Below are positions 47,306 through 61,364 of a stretch of 64,000 bases of DNA, one piece after another. The notes beneath the pieces were generated by a model. It was not told where the DNA came from. It did not search any database and saw nothing but the letters and a program-made list of their open reading frames with translations. The stretch comes from Eledone cirrhosa (Eukaryota), in NCBI GenBank assembly GCA_964016885.1, contig OZ024744.1:77004001-77068000 (forward strand), written 5' to 3'. Each line of letters starts with the position of its first letter. Positions within the stretch are counted from its first letter, which is position 1. Made by a program: the position numbers and the translations under genes.

Positions 47306-47380
<75 letters not shown>
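47306..47380. repeat. (GATA)n microsatellite at the Tx1 3' end
   Basis: Direct reading. Confidence 0.95.
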
Positions 47381-50300
47381 TGTTTCTTTATTAGCCACAG
47401 GGGCACAAAAGAAGGGGACAAATACAAAGGGGGAAGATTTAATATATTTAACAAGTGTAAAATGTTATCACAAATGCAATTTAAAAAATTAGACGATTTT
47501 CCCCCAATAGGGGGAGACAGTTTATATGGGTAACACATACCCCCGAAAAAATGTGCAACCCTCATCTCCAGGAGTACGAAGAGTTTGTACTCCTTTCCTC
47601 TCCTCCTCCTTTTCCTCAACCTACAGGCTGATATAGAGAGAAGGCCCATTCACTCGGGCCATTCTCGCCACTTTCACCCACCTTTCATAAAACTTGCTGG
47701 GGTACAGCACCTCTCTCTCCATCCTGATTCTTCTTCCAAAGTGGTATTTGAAAAAAAGAATCAGTTGTTGGCCGGAGAGAAAGGTGTCTGACCTCAGCCC
47801 TTTCAACCTTGTCCACCATACAACCTCTTTCGCCATAGCTATCACACAAAGGAAAACCGCCTCTACTTCGTTTTTGAAGGAGGGTGGCGGTTTGATCATG
47901 ACAATGGACTCGGTGGTCAACCGGATTGGTCCCACCCGCGACAATAGTCGTTCTACATAGCCCCACAGGTCAGTGACGCCCGGGCAGTGTATGAATGCGT
48001 GCGCGACGGTTTCTTCGTCTCGCACGCACCTCGGACAGATCTTTTTTGCAGGGTCCCTGCCCGGGCGCCCATGTCTGTAGAGCTTGTCTCGAACTGGTAG
48101 AGCTCCTCGGTAGCACTGCCAGGCCAGGGATTTTTGGAAGTTGTCCATTGGTCCCGGGCGGAAGGTCCTACCGGACAGACTGGCCAGTTCATCTTCCTCT
48201 ACGCCTAGAGTTTCACCGAGCGCGTCGTCGCACTTGCTGCGGATCAACCCTCTATAGAATGACGAAGTGGAGTCTCCACTGATCGCCGGGACCGCCTGCC
48301 AGAGGGCTGTGAGCGCTTGAGCACATTCGATGTGCCAGTCGCCCATTTTCCTCGGTTTTTGCTTGACCCAGGACTGCAGCTCGGTCAGCGAGACGAGTCG
48401 TGGGAAGGCTCGCCTCATGAACGGGGCCCACACCGGTTGTCTGGTGAGGAATACGTAGAGATGCCGCAGCCTGAGCGCGTGTTTGCGCATCGTCAACCAC
48501 GGCATCCCCAGCCCTCCGTTAGAAGGGTGTTGGCAGCAGATGGATCTTCTCACCAAAGGAGCTCGCCTCTTCCAAAGGAATTGGAAGATCGCGCGCTCCA
48601 TTTCGGTGAGCGTTTTGGCTGGACAAGGCACGACGGTCAAGCGGTAGTAGATAGCGGACGCTATAAAAGTGTTCGCCACCTCCGCTCGACCTTTCAAGGA
48701 TAGTTTGCACTCGGCCCACTTCTGGGTGAGTGCAAACACCTTGGCCGTCACTTCGTTCCAGTTCTTCTCCACCTGGAGGTCCGGACCAAACCAGACGCCG
48801 AGCAGCTTTACCGGTCCTTCCGTCCAGCGTCCGACGACGCCATCGGAAGGCATCGGTTTGCCTCTCCACGATCCGAGTTGCAAACCGATGGACTTGTCCT
48901 GGTTCAGCTTCGCTCCTGTGAAACTTTCGTATTCCTTCAGTAAGGTGCCGACTTCCTCGATTTGCGAGGCTCTCGACACCATTACTGCCACGTCGTCGGC
49001 GTAAGCCGACGCCGCTTTCCGCAGTCCCGGTTCCAGAGGGATGCCCTGCAATAGCTCCAACTTCCGCAGTAGTGGCTCGAGAGCCAGTACGTACAGAAGG
49101 GAGGAGAGAGGGCATCCCTGTCGGATGGATCGCGTGATATGGAACGGCTCCGAGAGGTAGCCGTTCACCTTGACCCTTGAGCAGATGTTGCTGTTGTGCA
49201 TTGCAGCAATCCAGCCCCTGAACACGGGTCCGAAGCCTGCCGCCCCGAGCACCGCATCCAGGTAAAGATGGTCAACCCTATCGAAAGCCTTAGACTGATC
49301 CAAGTTGATCAGGGCCCCACCGAAGCCGGGTTTACACCCTACCCTCTCTATGATGTATCGCATGAGATGGAGGTTGTCGTGTATGGACCTGGTCGGGATT
49401 GCGCATGTCTGCGCTTCTCCCACCAGGTTCTCGACGACAAGCGCCAGCTTCTTTGCCAACACCTTGGCCAAAATCTGTAACTGTGTTTAGCAGAGTTATG
49501 GGCCGGAAGTTGCCTATGTCATCCCCCTTATTCTCGTCCTTCCTGACTAGTGTGACTACGCCCCCGGTCACAGAACTGGGAATTCTCCCGTTCTGCTGCC
49601 AGTTGCAGTAGACCGCTTCCAGGAGACCAGAGAATAAGTCCGGCATTGCTACGTAAAATTCGTAGTGTAGACCGTCGAGACCTGGAGATTTGCGTTTGCC
49701 GCATTGGCTCAGCGCGTCCCCTATCTCAGCGGCTGAAATCGGCTTTTCGCAGAACTTTGCCTCGCTGTCCGAGAGTCGCGGTAGGCCGTCGAGGTATGGA
49801 CCGAAATCCATAGCCCCTCCCGGCACGCCGCCCCGCCCGAACAGTTGAGCAAAGTGTCGCTGAATGGCCGCACACATCTGCTTCGGCTCACGTATCACGC
49901 GTCCGTTTTGATCCTTCAGAGACCGAATCGTTGACTTGTTGCCACTTTTTGCCTCCGTCACTCGGGCCCAGCTAACAGCTTTGGCTCCCTCGTTTCCCAG
50001 AGCTTGTATTTTGCTTCTGACAACGCAGCCCTCGTGCTTTGCGTCGAAGAACTGGTCCAAGGCCGTTCTCGTTGCTAGCACGCTGACTACGTTGCCACTT
50101 CTAATTGCCTCTTCTACTTTATCTACCAGTTCGTTCTCGGTTCTATTTCTAACTAACGCTAATTCTTTACTAAATACTAACGACTCTAATCTAACTGCCT
50201 CTTGAGAGAGTACCACCATCTGTTGTTGACAATGGCCCCTGTCAAGTGTTGTTTAACTAAAGTGTTAATCCGTCTACTGTAGGCTTTGTTCAGCTTCCAG

Positions 50301-53168
50301 TAGCCGGTCCTTATCTATGGGTTCTATCAAGGTTGGCCATGCAGGTCACTAGTTTGTGATCTGAATAGGCAACCATGAACATTTGTGGGCAGCTTAACAT
50401 GTCCCTATCCTTATTTCTAACTAGAACCCTATCTAGGTACGATCTAGATGTTCCGCTATCATTAGTCCACGTCCACAATGGCGCAGTCGGAAGTTCTAGT
50501 CGATATCTATCGTCCAGGTCAAATCGGTCGATTAACTGTTTGAGGCTGTTACAACCTCCTTTATCGGGACATGCTCCCACATAATCCCAACGTGCATCTA
50601 GGATTCCATTCCAGTCCCTCACTAAAAGCAAGGAGCGGGACGTTCCCAGAAAAGTCTCTAGACGTTTGAAGAAGTCTGGCCGCTGTGTCCCGGATGGGGC
50701 ATATGCAGCCACCAGCCTGAAGGCTCCACCTTCACTACCGTCAACATCTAGGACCACCAGTCGACTCTCCGGGTTCAGATGTACCGTCTGTGTTACGAGG
50801 CCCAGGTGTTTTCGCAGCAAAACGTTAACCCCGCCCCCACCCCCACCCCGGCCGACAGAGATATGCGTAGATCTCAAAGTCATCGAAGATGGGGGCTAGC
50901 TGTCACTCGCTGTGGATCCTGGACTCGCAAATGGTTACTACATCCAAACTGTGCGACCTGAGGTTGTTTAAGAGTTTGCCCTGTTTCCAGGGCATCCCCA
51001 GGCCGCGTACAACTCTTATATTGGCCATGTTGGTGCTGAAAAGTTAAAAGAGGAAAAGAAATCACTAACCCTTCGTCTCCTGGAGACTAGGCTGCACGAT
51101 TTCCATGGGGGTGTTGGAGGGGTTGTCTGGATGGGTGGTTATTTCCGGCGGGGTGGGGACGGAGATGGTTGGTGTGGGGGGGGAGACATTTGAGAAGGAC
51201 GTGGTTAAGTGGTTTCACGCAGGAATTCCCACATCCTTTTCAAATGTTTCTTTTAGGGACCCATAAGTTTGTATAGGGACCCTAATCAGTTTTAGGTGCA
51301 GTTTTTTTGTTATTTTTAATAGAGTGGGCGAAAGTTTTCCCTTCGGTTTTCACCGAAGGGTTGTTCGTGATGGTCTCCATTAGTGTTTTGTTTTCAGTGT
51401 TTATGTAAGTGTAAGTGTAATTTTCTTGTGTTGTGTTTGTTTTTATCTGTAGTTCTTGTGTGTGCTTTCGTTTTGTTGTGGGTATTTTGTTTTCAGGAGG
51501 TGGGGGTTTTGTTTGTGATGTTTTTGTTGTTTGTGTTGGTGGTTGTATATTTGTGGTAGTGTTTGCTGGTATTTTGCTTTTGTGATGTCTTTTCTTTCTT
51601 TTCGAGCGATGGGGTTCTCCCTCGTCTTCACTTGGTGTGGCGGGATAGCCTCATCTGTTGTATCGTCTGTGTGATTGGGGAGGGGTATGTCTTGGGGAGC
51701 TTTTGTGTCTGTATGTGATTTTGCAGTGGTTTTAGGTGGAGTGAGGTTGGGTGGGACTGTGTTTGTTGTGGTTATTTTTGTGTGTTGGTGTTGTTGTTGT
51801 GGTGGTGGTGTTGGTGGTTGTGTTATTTTGATGGGTGTCGGCAGAAGAGTCTTTTTTTTACTCATTAATTTAGGACAGGAAGCCCTCAGGTGACCCTTGC
51901 TAAAGCAGTGGTAACATCAAGGCCGTCTACCCTCAACCGAAAAGTTTATGTAGGTGAGTCCGTCCAGGAGTATACGTTGTGGGATCATAGCAATTCGCTC
52001 TGGGCTCATTTGCACCAGAACTTCAACGCTAGTCCCATTGAATACATCTCTGGCGGACTTTCCTACTGAAAGTATTCTGTCTTCATCAAAATTGATGAAG
52101 CCGCACAGTATCCACCATATGTTTACCTTTGGTGTGACACTCGTGATTCTAATCTTTTGTGTCCTTTTTCCCATGTATGTAGGGAAAAAGTAATACAGGT
52201 TGGATACAATTGGCGACACAGAGTAATTTTGGGCCGTCAATTGATCCTTCATGAGTACCGAAATACTCACAAAGAGTTTTCTTTTTTGAATGAATGAAAT
52301 ATCATTCATTGAATTTTTGAAAACCAGTTCAATTTCTTTCTGTCACAATTGGACTGGTTTTCGGGTAGAATTGGAAACTGTCTTAAAAACTATCGTTTTC
52401 AGAGCAGTTTCCTTGCGAATTTCTACCGGAGAATTGATGCTGAAATCACCATTCTTTTCGAAAGTAACATATCTCCTAGCGTCCTTTAAAAGTTGTTCGG
52501 TATTTGTTATGTCGAGATATGTTAGTTCCTCTTTTTCTGAACTGTCTGTGCAAATGAGATTTTCGGTTTCTTTGTGGAATTATCCGTGTTGGTGGTGTTG
52601 TCATTATTGTTGTTATTCTTGTTATTATTGTTGTCACTGCTGTTGATATTGTTCGCAGTTTCCTTGGTGTTGGTATTGTTGTTGTCTTTGATGCTGGTAT
52701 TATTGGTGTTGTCTTTATTTTTTTCTTTGTTGTTGTTGTCATTGTTGTTTTTATCATCATTATTGGTGTTGTTGTTATTTTTGTTGTCATTGTACTGTTT
52801 GGTGTCATTTGTGTTGTTTGGATATGAATTTATTTTTACAATTTCATTTCGTCTTTCCATCTCCATAGTATCTATGGAGAAGGAAAGGGAAGAAGGCGGT
52901 GTTTACTGCGAGCTATGTAGCCTTACCGACACTCCACCACCATTATCATCGAACGTAATCAAACTTCTTACGATATTTTTTCCAAAGTTCGATGGAAAAA
53001 AATTTTCAAACGAATATTTCGCTCCTGTAGGGGCGAATATGAGTTGACCCACCGCCTGAAGGTCCAGACGGGGTTCAAGTTACACAATAATATAAAATTT
53101 AACTGAAAACTCACGTTTTTTTCTTACATAAATTAACGAAAACTTCTCCGCGAAGTTACACACGACTG
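47381..53168 (-). mobile_element. Full-length decayed Tx1/L1-clade LINE, copy 1
   Basis: ORF1 ~52866-51064 with CYHCFSKGHLRASC knuckle. ORF2 ~51028-47621: APE (DWNG, YLDR, SDH), RT (LDQSKAFDRV, RQGCPLS, YADD), CxxC..ET..H...C; frameshifted. Confidence 0.93.
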
Positions 53169-53189
53169 GTAGAGAGATAGATAGAGATA

Positions 53190-56100
53190 TTTCTTTATTA
53201 GCCACAAGGGCGCACAAGAAAAGGGGACAATACAAAGACATGCCGGGGATTTTACATACAGTCATGTAAAAAATATAAAAACAAACAATTACAACAATCG
53301 AAATCCCCAATAGGGGGGAGGCGCCACAAATGGGTTGTTTAATACCCCCTCGATAGAACAACCCTCAACTCCAGGAGCGTGTTGTGTAAGTGCTCCTTTC
53401 TTCCTTTTGCTCTCTTCTTCAACCTACAGGCTTATAAACAGAGAAGGCCCAATGACTCGGGCCATTTTCGCTTCAGTCACCCACCTTCAGTAAATTTACT
53501 GGGGTGCAGTGCCTCTCTCTCCACCCTGATTCTCCTTCTAAAGTGATACTTAAAGAAGGGAATCAATTGTTGTCTGGAGAGAAAGGCATCTGTCCTCAGT
53601 CCTCTCAACCTCGTCCACCATATAACTTCTTTCACCATAGCCACCGTACAGAGGAAAACCGCCTCTCTTTCGTTTTTGAAAGAGGCTGGCGGTTTGATCC
53701 TTCCTATGGGAAAGCCTCTCACAAACGGTGCCCACACTGGTTGGGGTCGGCGAGGAATACCTAGAGATGCCGCAGCCTCAGCGCATGTTTGCGCATCATC
53801 AGCCACGGCATTCCCAGCCCTCCGTTGGAAGGGTGCTGACAGCAGACGGATCTACTCACCAGAGGTGCCTGCTTCTTCCACAGAAACTAGAAGAGCATGC
53901 GTTCCATCTTGGCGAGGTGTTCACGGGGACAAGGCACGACAGTCAAGCGGTAGTAGATGACGGACGCTATGAAAGTGTTCGCTACCTCCGCTCGACCTTT
54001 CAAGTACAGTTTGCACTCTACCCACTTCTGGGTGAGTGCAAACACCTTGGCCGTGACCTCGATCCAGTTTTTCTCCACCTGGAGGTCTGGACCGAACCAG
54101 ACCCCGAGCAATTTCACCGGTCCGTCCGTCCAGCGTCCAACGACGCTGTCGGACGTCATCGGTTTGCCTCTCCACGTACCGAGTTGCAAACCGACAGACT
54201 TGTCCGGGTTTAGTTTTGCTCCCGTCAGCGTTTCGTATTCTTTCAGTAAGTTGCCGATCACCACGATTTCTGAGGTGCTCGACACCATTACCGTCACGTC
54301 GTCGGCATAAGCCGTCGCCGCTTCGAGCAGTCCCGGTTCTACATGGATGCCCTGCAACAGCTCCAATTTCCGCAGTAGTGGCACTAGAGTCAATACATAC
54401 AGAATGGAGGAGAGAGAGCACCCCTGTCGAATGAAACGCGTGATTGCGAACGGCTCCGATAGGTAGCCGTTCAACTTGACCCTCGAGCAGATGCTGGTGT
54501 GCATCGCCTCGATCCATCCTCTGAACACGGGACCGAAACCGGCCGCCTTGAGAACCGCTTCCAAATATCGATGGTCGACCCTATCGAATGGCTTAGACTG
54601 ATCCAAGTTGATCAGAGCCCCACCGAAGCCGGGTTTACTACCCACCCTCTCTATGATGTATCGCATGAGGTGGAGGTTGTCGTGTATGGACCTGGTCGGA
54701 ATTGCACACGTTTGCGCTTTCCCTACCAGGTTCTCGACGACAAGCGCCAACCTTGTCGCTAGCACCTTGGCCAAAATCTTTAACTCTGTGTTGAGCAGAG
54801 TTATGGGCCTGAAGTTGTTAATTTCGTCCCCCTTGTTCTCGTCTTTCCTGATCAGCGTTACTACGCCCTTGCCTGCAGAACTGGGAATTCTCCCGTTCTG
54901 CTGCCAATTGCAGTAGTCGGCTTCGATGACGCCAGAGAACAAGTCCGGCATGCCTATGTAAAACTCGTATGGTAGACCATCTAGACCGGGTGACGGCCCA
55001 GAGCGTCCCGTATCTCAGTGTCCGTGATCGGTCTTTCGCAGAACTCGGCGTCCGTGTTCGAGAGACGCGGCAGGCCGTCGAGGTTTGAGCTAAAGTCCAT
55101 TGCCCCGTTCGGCTCACCGTCGTTCTGCTCAAACAGTCGCGCAAAGTGCCGCACATTTACTTGGGGTCAAGTAGCACGCGTCCGTTTTGGTCTTTCAAAG
55201 ACCGAATCGTGGACTTGTTGCCACTTTTTGCCTCCGCCACACGGGCCCAGCTGACAACTTTCGCTCTTTCGTTTCCTAGAGCACGTGTTTTGCTTCTGAC
55301 CACGCAGCCTTCGTGTTTCGCATCGAAGAACTGGTCCAGTGCCGTTCTCGACGCTAACACTCTAGCCGCGTTGCCACTTCTAAGTGCCTCCTCTACCTTG
55401 GCTACTAGTTATCTTTCTATTTTGTTTTTCTCTAAGGCTAACTCTCTGCTATACCCTATCGATTCTATTCTAATTGCTTTCTTGAGAGAGTACCACCATC
55501 TATTGTTGACGATGGCTCCCGTTAACTGTTGCTTGACTAGTCTACTTATCCGTTCACTGTAAGCTTTACGTGCTGGCAACGACACGTTCAGCTTCCAGTA
55601 TCCGGGTCCCTGTCTATGTGTTCTACCACGGTTGACCAAGCAAACGACTAATTTGTGATCTGAATAGGCAACAATGTGCATTCATGGACAGCTTAACATC
55701 TCCTTGTCCCTTTCTCTAATGAAGAACCTATCTAAATACGATCTAGATGTCCCACTGGGGTTTACCCACGTCCACTGTGGTGCAGTCGGGAAATCCAGTC
55801 GATACCTATCGGCCAGTTGGAATTGGCCGATTAAAGTTTTGAGGCTGTTGCACCCCGCTCTACTGGGACATGCTCCCACATAGTCCCATCGTGCATCTAG
55901 GATACCATTCCAGTCCCCCACTAAAAGTAAGGAGCGAGATGTTCCCAGAAAAGACTCTAGACGCTTAAAGAAGTCTGGCCGTGATTGCGATTGCCCGCTC
56001 GGGGCATAAACGGCCACCAGTCTGAAGGCTCCACCTCCGATACTGTTCACGTCTAGGACTACCAGTCTACCCTCCGGGTCCAAGTGTACTTGCTGTACTC

Positions 56101-58635
56101 TGACGTCCAGGTTCTTCCGAAACATGACAGCCACTCCACCTCCACATCCTGGCTGACAGAGAGATGCGTAGATCTCAAAGTCGTCGAAGATGGGGGTTAG
56201 TTGCTGCCTGTTGTGGATCCTGGACTCGGTGATGGCTATCACATCCATACCGTGTGACGTATGGTCGTTTAAAAGTTGACCCTGTTTCCAGGGCATCCCG
56301 AGGCCACGCACATTCACGCTTCCAACTCGTGAACTAGCCATGTTGGTGAAGAAGAGTTGGACAAAAAGGACGAAAGGTGCACTTACCTTTTCGTTTCCTG
56401 GAGATCGGGTTGTTCAATCTCCATTTGGGTGCTGGATGGGGTGGGGAAACATTTTAACAGGACGCGGTTGATGGGTTTGTGGCAGGGGTTGCCCACGTCC
56501 TATGAAAATTTATTTTTTAGGTCGTTATAGGTTTCCATAGAAACCCTTATAAGTTTAAGGTGTGGAGACGATTCTGCCTTGACGAAAGTTTTGCCCTCCG
56601 TCTCCACCTTGGGGCTTTGGGAGATGACCTCCATCAAACTCTTGTTGTTTGTGTTGATGTATGCGTATTGTTGTTTATGTTTTTGTTGTGATGTTTTAGT
56701 TTGTTGTTCGTCCGGGAGTTTTCTTTTTATAGTGGGTGCTTGTGTTTGGGGTGGTGTTGGTGTGGTTTTGCTGATAGGGGGATGTTTGACTGTGGTGTTG
56801 TTTGTGTTGTTGTTTGTGTTTGTGGTTGTGTGTTGGTGTTGGTGATTGGAGTTTTGTGGGTTTTGTGGTGTCTCTTTTTTTGTTTTTTAGATTTCCGCGG
56901 TTCTCCCTCTTCTTCACTTAAAGGAGAAGCAGCTTCATCCGTCGATGAATAATCATCGTCAGGTGTGTGGGGTAGGGGTATGTTGTGTGGTGTTTCGGTG
57001 TGTGTGTTTGTGGTAGTGTTTGATGGAGTGGGATGGAGTGGGGCTGTGTTCTTCAGGGGTATTGTCTCTGTTTTTTCTGTTGTTGTTGGTTGAGTGTCTG
57101 TTTGTTTTGGTGTGGTTGCTCGTTTCGTCTGTCGTTGTACTTGTGGTGGTGGTGGTTGCTTTGGTGTTGGTGTTGGTAACAGTGTTTTCTTTTCTATTGT
57201 TTTGGTTGAGTATGCTTGTAAAGGGCAGGAGGCATTTAGGTGTGTGGTGCTATTGCAACGAAAACATTGTGGTTTTCGTCCCTCAACTACAATGTTTATG
57301 TGGCTGTTGTTGTCCACCATCACTTTTTCTGGTATTTTGGAGATTCTTTCCGGGCTCATTTGCACCAGAATCTCCAAATTTGTACCAGACCAGGTGTGTC
57401 TGATTGACTTTTTTATGGAGAGAATAGTGTGTTTTCTCTCCTCTAAAAGTCCTGCCAATATCCACCAAATATTAATATTTGGTGGTATGTTTGAAATGCT
57501 CATTTTTTGTGTCCTTTTTCCCAGGTATGTAGGGGAAAAGGTGTATTTTTGTGACAGTATTGGCGTCACTGAGTATCTTTGTGCAAGGGCCTCGCTTTTG
57601 AGGAGTACCGAAATACTCCAGTATTGTTTGGCCCTCTGCATAAAGTCAATGTCTGGCAATATCTTTGTTAAGGTTGCCTCAATTTCCCTTGACTGAGGAA
57701 TGCTGGTTTTTTTGTTTCATTTGAAACAGTTCTGAAGGTGATTGTCCTTCGAAATGTTTCCAGGCGAATTTCTGGGGGTGAGTTTATCTGAAATCCCCCG
57801 TTTTCACCGAAAGTGATAAACTCCTTTGCTTCAGAGAGCATCCGTTTCGCATTGGAGATATCGAGATCCGTGAATTCTTGTGTCTTGGTGACTGTTTGCG
57901 CAAAAGTTTTTTGGGTATTGTTGTTGTTGTTGTTATTGTTGTTGTGGTTGTCGGGTTTTCCGTTTGTAGTTGTGTCACTGGTTTTATTTTCTGTTGTTTT
58001 TTCCATCTGTTGTACTATGTGTGGTTCGATCTTGTTTTTATTTTTGTTGTTCATATTGGTTTCCATGGTGACGCCAATACATGCGGAGTTAGAAGTAACG
58101 TTATTATTGTTATTTGTGACTGTTTCTGTATAAGTTATTTTGTCGTTGTTATTGTTGTTGTTGTTGTTGTGGTTGTCAGGTTTTCCGTTTGTCAGGTTTT
58201 CCGTTTGTCAATTGTTTTTTCTGTTGATTTTAGTGTGTGTTGTATACTGTGTGGTTTACTGTGTGATTCAATTTTGTTTGTGTTGTCTACTTGACTTTCG
58301 TTATACAAAGCCTTGTTGTTAACTACCTCGATACAGGCAGAATTTTTAGCAACGTTAAAGTCTATTTCTTTTCTTTTTCCTTCTTCAACGTTCGCTAGCG
58401 TTCCTTGAACGCTTGCCATAGCTGATGGCAAAATATTAAAAAATTTTAAACAGTTTTCAAATTAATTTCAAATTAAATTTTCGCCCCTTAGGGAGCGAAA
58501 AATGAAGATTGCCACCCAGCTGACAATTCAGCCTGGGGGTTAATCTACAAAATGTTATGTTTTCTCAAACAATTAGTTCGGTTTTTTGTATAGAAATTAA
58601 CAAAAAAGCTTACCGGCGATGTTCCACGCGTCAGA
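53190..58635 (-). mobile_element. Full-length decayed Tx1/L1-clade LINE, copy 2 (diverged subfamily, 3' deletion)
   Basis: ORF1 with CFRCNSTTHLNASC (56727-57659); APE MASSRVGSVNVRG (55682-56341); RT 53887-54951 with YADD. Confidence 0.93.
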
Positions 58636-58659
58636 CAGAAAGAGAGATAGATAGATAGA

Positions 58660-59270
58660 TATCTTTATTTGCCACAGGGACGTACAAAAATGGGACATTA
58701 CAAGACGTGACGGCGGGTGTTTTACATAAAATGTTTAACAATGAATAACAAACTACATATAAAATAAAACAATCGAAATCCCCAATAGGGAGGGACGTTA
58801 CTGCGGAGTTGTTTTACACCCCGTGGATAGAACAACTCTCAACACCAGGAGCACGTTTTGTAGGTGTTCCTGTCTTCTCTATGTTTATCTTCCTCAACCT
58901 ACAGGTTTATATACAGAGAAGGCCCATTCACTGGGGCCATTTTTTCCACATTCACCCACCTTTCAGCGAATTTACTGGGGTGTAGCACCTCTCTCACCTT
59001 CCTTCTGAAGTGGTATTTAAAGAAGGGGATAAGTTGTTGTCCGGAGTTGTTGTCATTTTAACTTCGTCCACCATATTACCTCTTTCGCCATAGCCACCAG
59101 ACAGAGGAAAACCGCCTCTCCTTTATTCGTGGACAGGTCCTTTTGGCAGGATCTTTGCCAGGGCGTCCGTGCCTGTAGATTTTGTCTCGAACTGGTAGAG
59201 CTCCTCAGTAGCACTGCCAAGCCAGAGACGTGGAAGTTATCCATAGGCCCTGGACGGAAAGTCCTCCCGA
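58660..59270 (-). mobile_element. Tx1/L1 3' fragment, copy 3
   Basis: GRTFRPGPMDNF, AVFLCLVAMAKEVIWWTKL and a 3' UTR homologous to copies 1 and 2. Confidence 0.88.
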
Positions 59271-59280
59271 GTATATATAT

Positions 59281-60160
59281 ATAGAATTGAATATACAAGA
59301 AATATGAATACTAATATAAACATACATGTGTCCGAATTGTAAGGACCAGGTTTGCTAGGGTGAAAAAATACTAACTACAGCAATATGGTTTTCCAGACTT
59401 AATTTAAAGTAGTAAATTAAGAAAAATAATAACCAACCTATATTGGGCAACTGCTTGAAAACACCTAGACAATTTTAGAAACTCTTTCGCCAAATTATAT
59501 TAAGCGAAGTCATCACCATTTCTCTGCTCATCAGTAGGTGTCAAGAAATTAGCGATCCTTCCACTTCTAAAAATATTAGAAGACTGAATTATGTGCGATA
59601 TGAAATAACGCACATGTCTTCGGAGCCTAGCTTGTCTCGAAAACCTATGTCGCTAAAAATAGAAGCCTGGTTAACACGACATTAAAATTAGCTAAACATG
59701 ATGGAGCCGACAAATATATACTGAGTTAGAAACTCAAAATATATACTGAGTTAGAAACTCAAAATATATACTGAGTTAGAAACTCAAAATATAAACATAC
59801 ATGTGGAAAGATCGCTAATTTCTTGACACCTACTGATGAGCAGAGAAATGATAATGATTTCGCTTAATATAATTTTGCGAAACAGTTTCTAAAACTGTCT
59901 AGGTGTTTTCAGGCAGTTGCCCAATAGAGGTTTGTTATTATTTTTCTTAATTTACTAGTTTAAATTAAGTCTGGCAAACCATATTCATGTAATTAGTATT
60001 TTTTCACCCTAGAAAAGCTAGTCCTTTACAATTCGGACACATAAATGTTTATATTGCTGTTCATCTCTCTTGTATATTCAATTATATTACACGGCTCGGA
60101 AAAGCTTTTTTCTTAGAGCTATTTAATTGTAAGAGACTATTTTGAGTTTCTAACTCAGTA
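59281..60160. mobile_element. Fold-back HHR element (family of 822-2340); HHRs at 59461-59541(-) and 59826-59906(+)
   Basis: Inverted arms ~59281-59563 and ~59803-60085; three 26-bp tandem repeats at 59713-59791. Confidence 0.85.
59826..59906 (+). ncRNA. Complete type I HHR with a true hairpin stem III
   Basis: ACACCTA-CTGATGA-GCAGAG..TTTTGC-GAAA-CAGTTT.cta.AAACTG-TC-TAGGTGT; predicted cleavage after 59899. Confidence 0.9.
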
Positions 60161-60229
60161 TATATATATATGTAACGATGGATATTGCCCTCTTTCGCCC
60201 GTAAATTAGATATATATAAATATACTGTC

Positions 60230-61364
60230 ACGTCACAGTTCTTAGCCATTTTGAATTCGTTTCTGGTGGGGATCATTTAAAAAATCTTCGTCCAAGTGAG
60301 TTTGTTTCCTGATGATTTCAAAGCTCGAGAATTTATCCTTGATCGGATATTTCCAAAAGTGAATGAAATCCTAAGGGGTAGAAACATAATCTTGGTATGT
60401 TTATATACATTTTTCTTCTAACTTTAATTTTATACCTAATTGTGTATGGTTGACGATATATTTAATCGATTTCCACGGGCTATTGAAATGCTGGGTAAAG
60501 ATTCTATAGCTGTTGATCGCGAATAGATGGCTGTCGTTTATTTATCTATTATTTCTTTATAAGGTGCCTTTTAATTTTATAGCCTGGTTTAATTGGTTTT
60601 TTGTGTGGTTGATTATGCTAATTGGGAGAGGAAATGGTGTATATATCTTATCAAATGATTCTATGGACATAATTTATAGTATATTGCTCTGATTATTTAA
60701 TTTATTAATTCATCATTGAGCCACATCGTTAATGGTTGCCAAAAACATATATATCTATGACTTTGTCTAGTATGCGTATATGTAAATCTTTATATTTGAT
60801 AATCTCCCATAAGGTTGAGATGCAATTTAGGCAATATTAGGCTGCCCTTTCTAGCAACAAGCCCACTCACCGTAAGGCACCAATCACATTCTTTCTGACT
60901 TGACCACTGCAACGTCACAGATCTTAGCCATTTTGAATTCGTTTCTGGCGGGGATCATTTAAGAAAAATCTTCATCCAAATGAGTTTGTTTCCTGATGAT
61001 TTCGAAGCTCGAGAATTTATCCTTGATCGGATATTTCCAAAAGCGAATGAAACCCTAAGGGGTAGAAACGTAATCCTGGTATGTTTATATACATCTTTCT
61101 TCTAACTTTAATTTTATACCTAATTGTGTATGGTTGACGATATATTTAATCGATTTCCACGTGCTATTGAAATGCTGAGTAAAGATTCTATAGCTGTTGA
61201 TCGCGAATAGATGGCTGTCGTTTATTCATCTATTATTTCTTTATAAGTGCCTTTTAATCTTATAGCCTGGTTTAATTGGGGTTTTTTTGTGTGGTTGATT
61301 ATGCTAATTGGGAGAGGAAATGGTGTATATATCTTATCAAATGATTCTATGGACATAATGTATA

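Noticed and set aside
48252-49115. Alternate-frame and antisense ORFs over Tx1 ORF2
   Set aside because: Shadow ORFs of GC-rich coding sequence.
59713-59791. CRISPR-like 26-bp repeats (also 30-bp repeats at 32461-32840)
   Set aside because: Contiguous tandem repeats without spacers, in a eukaryotic context.
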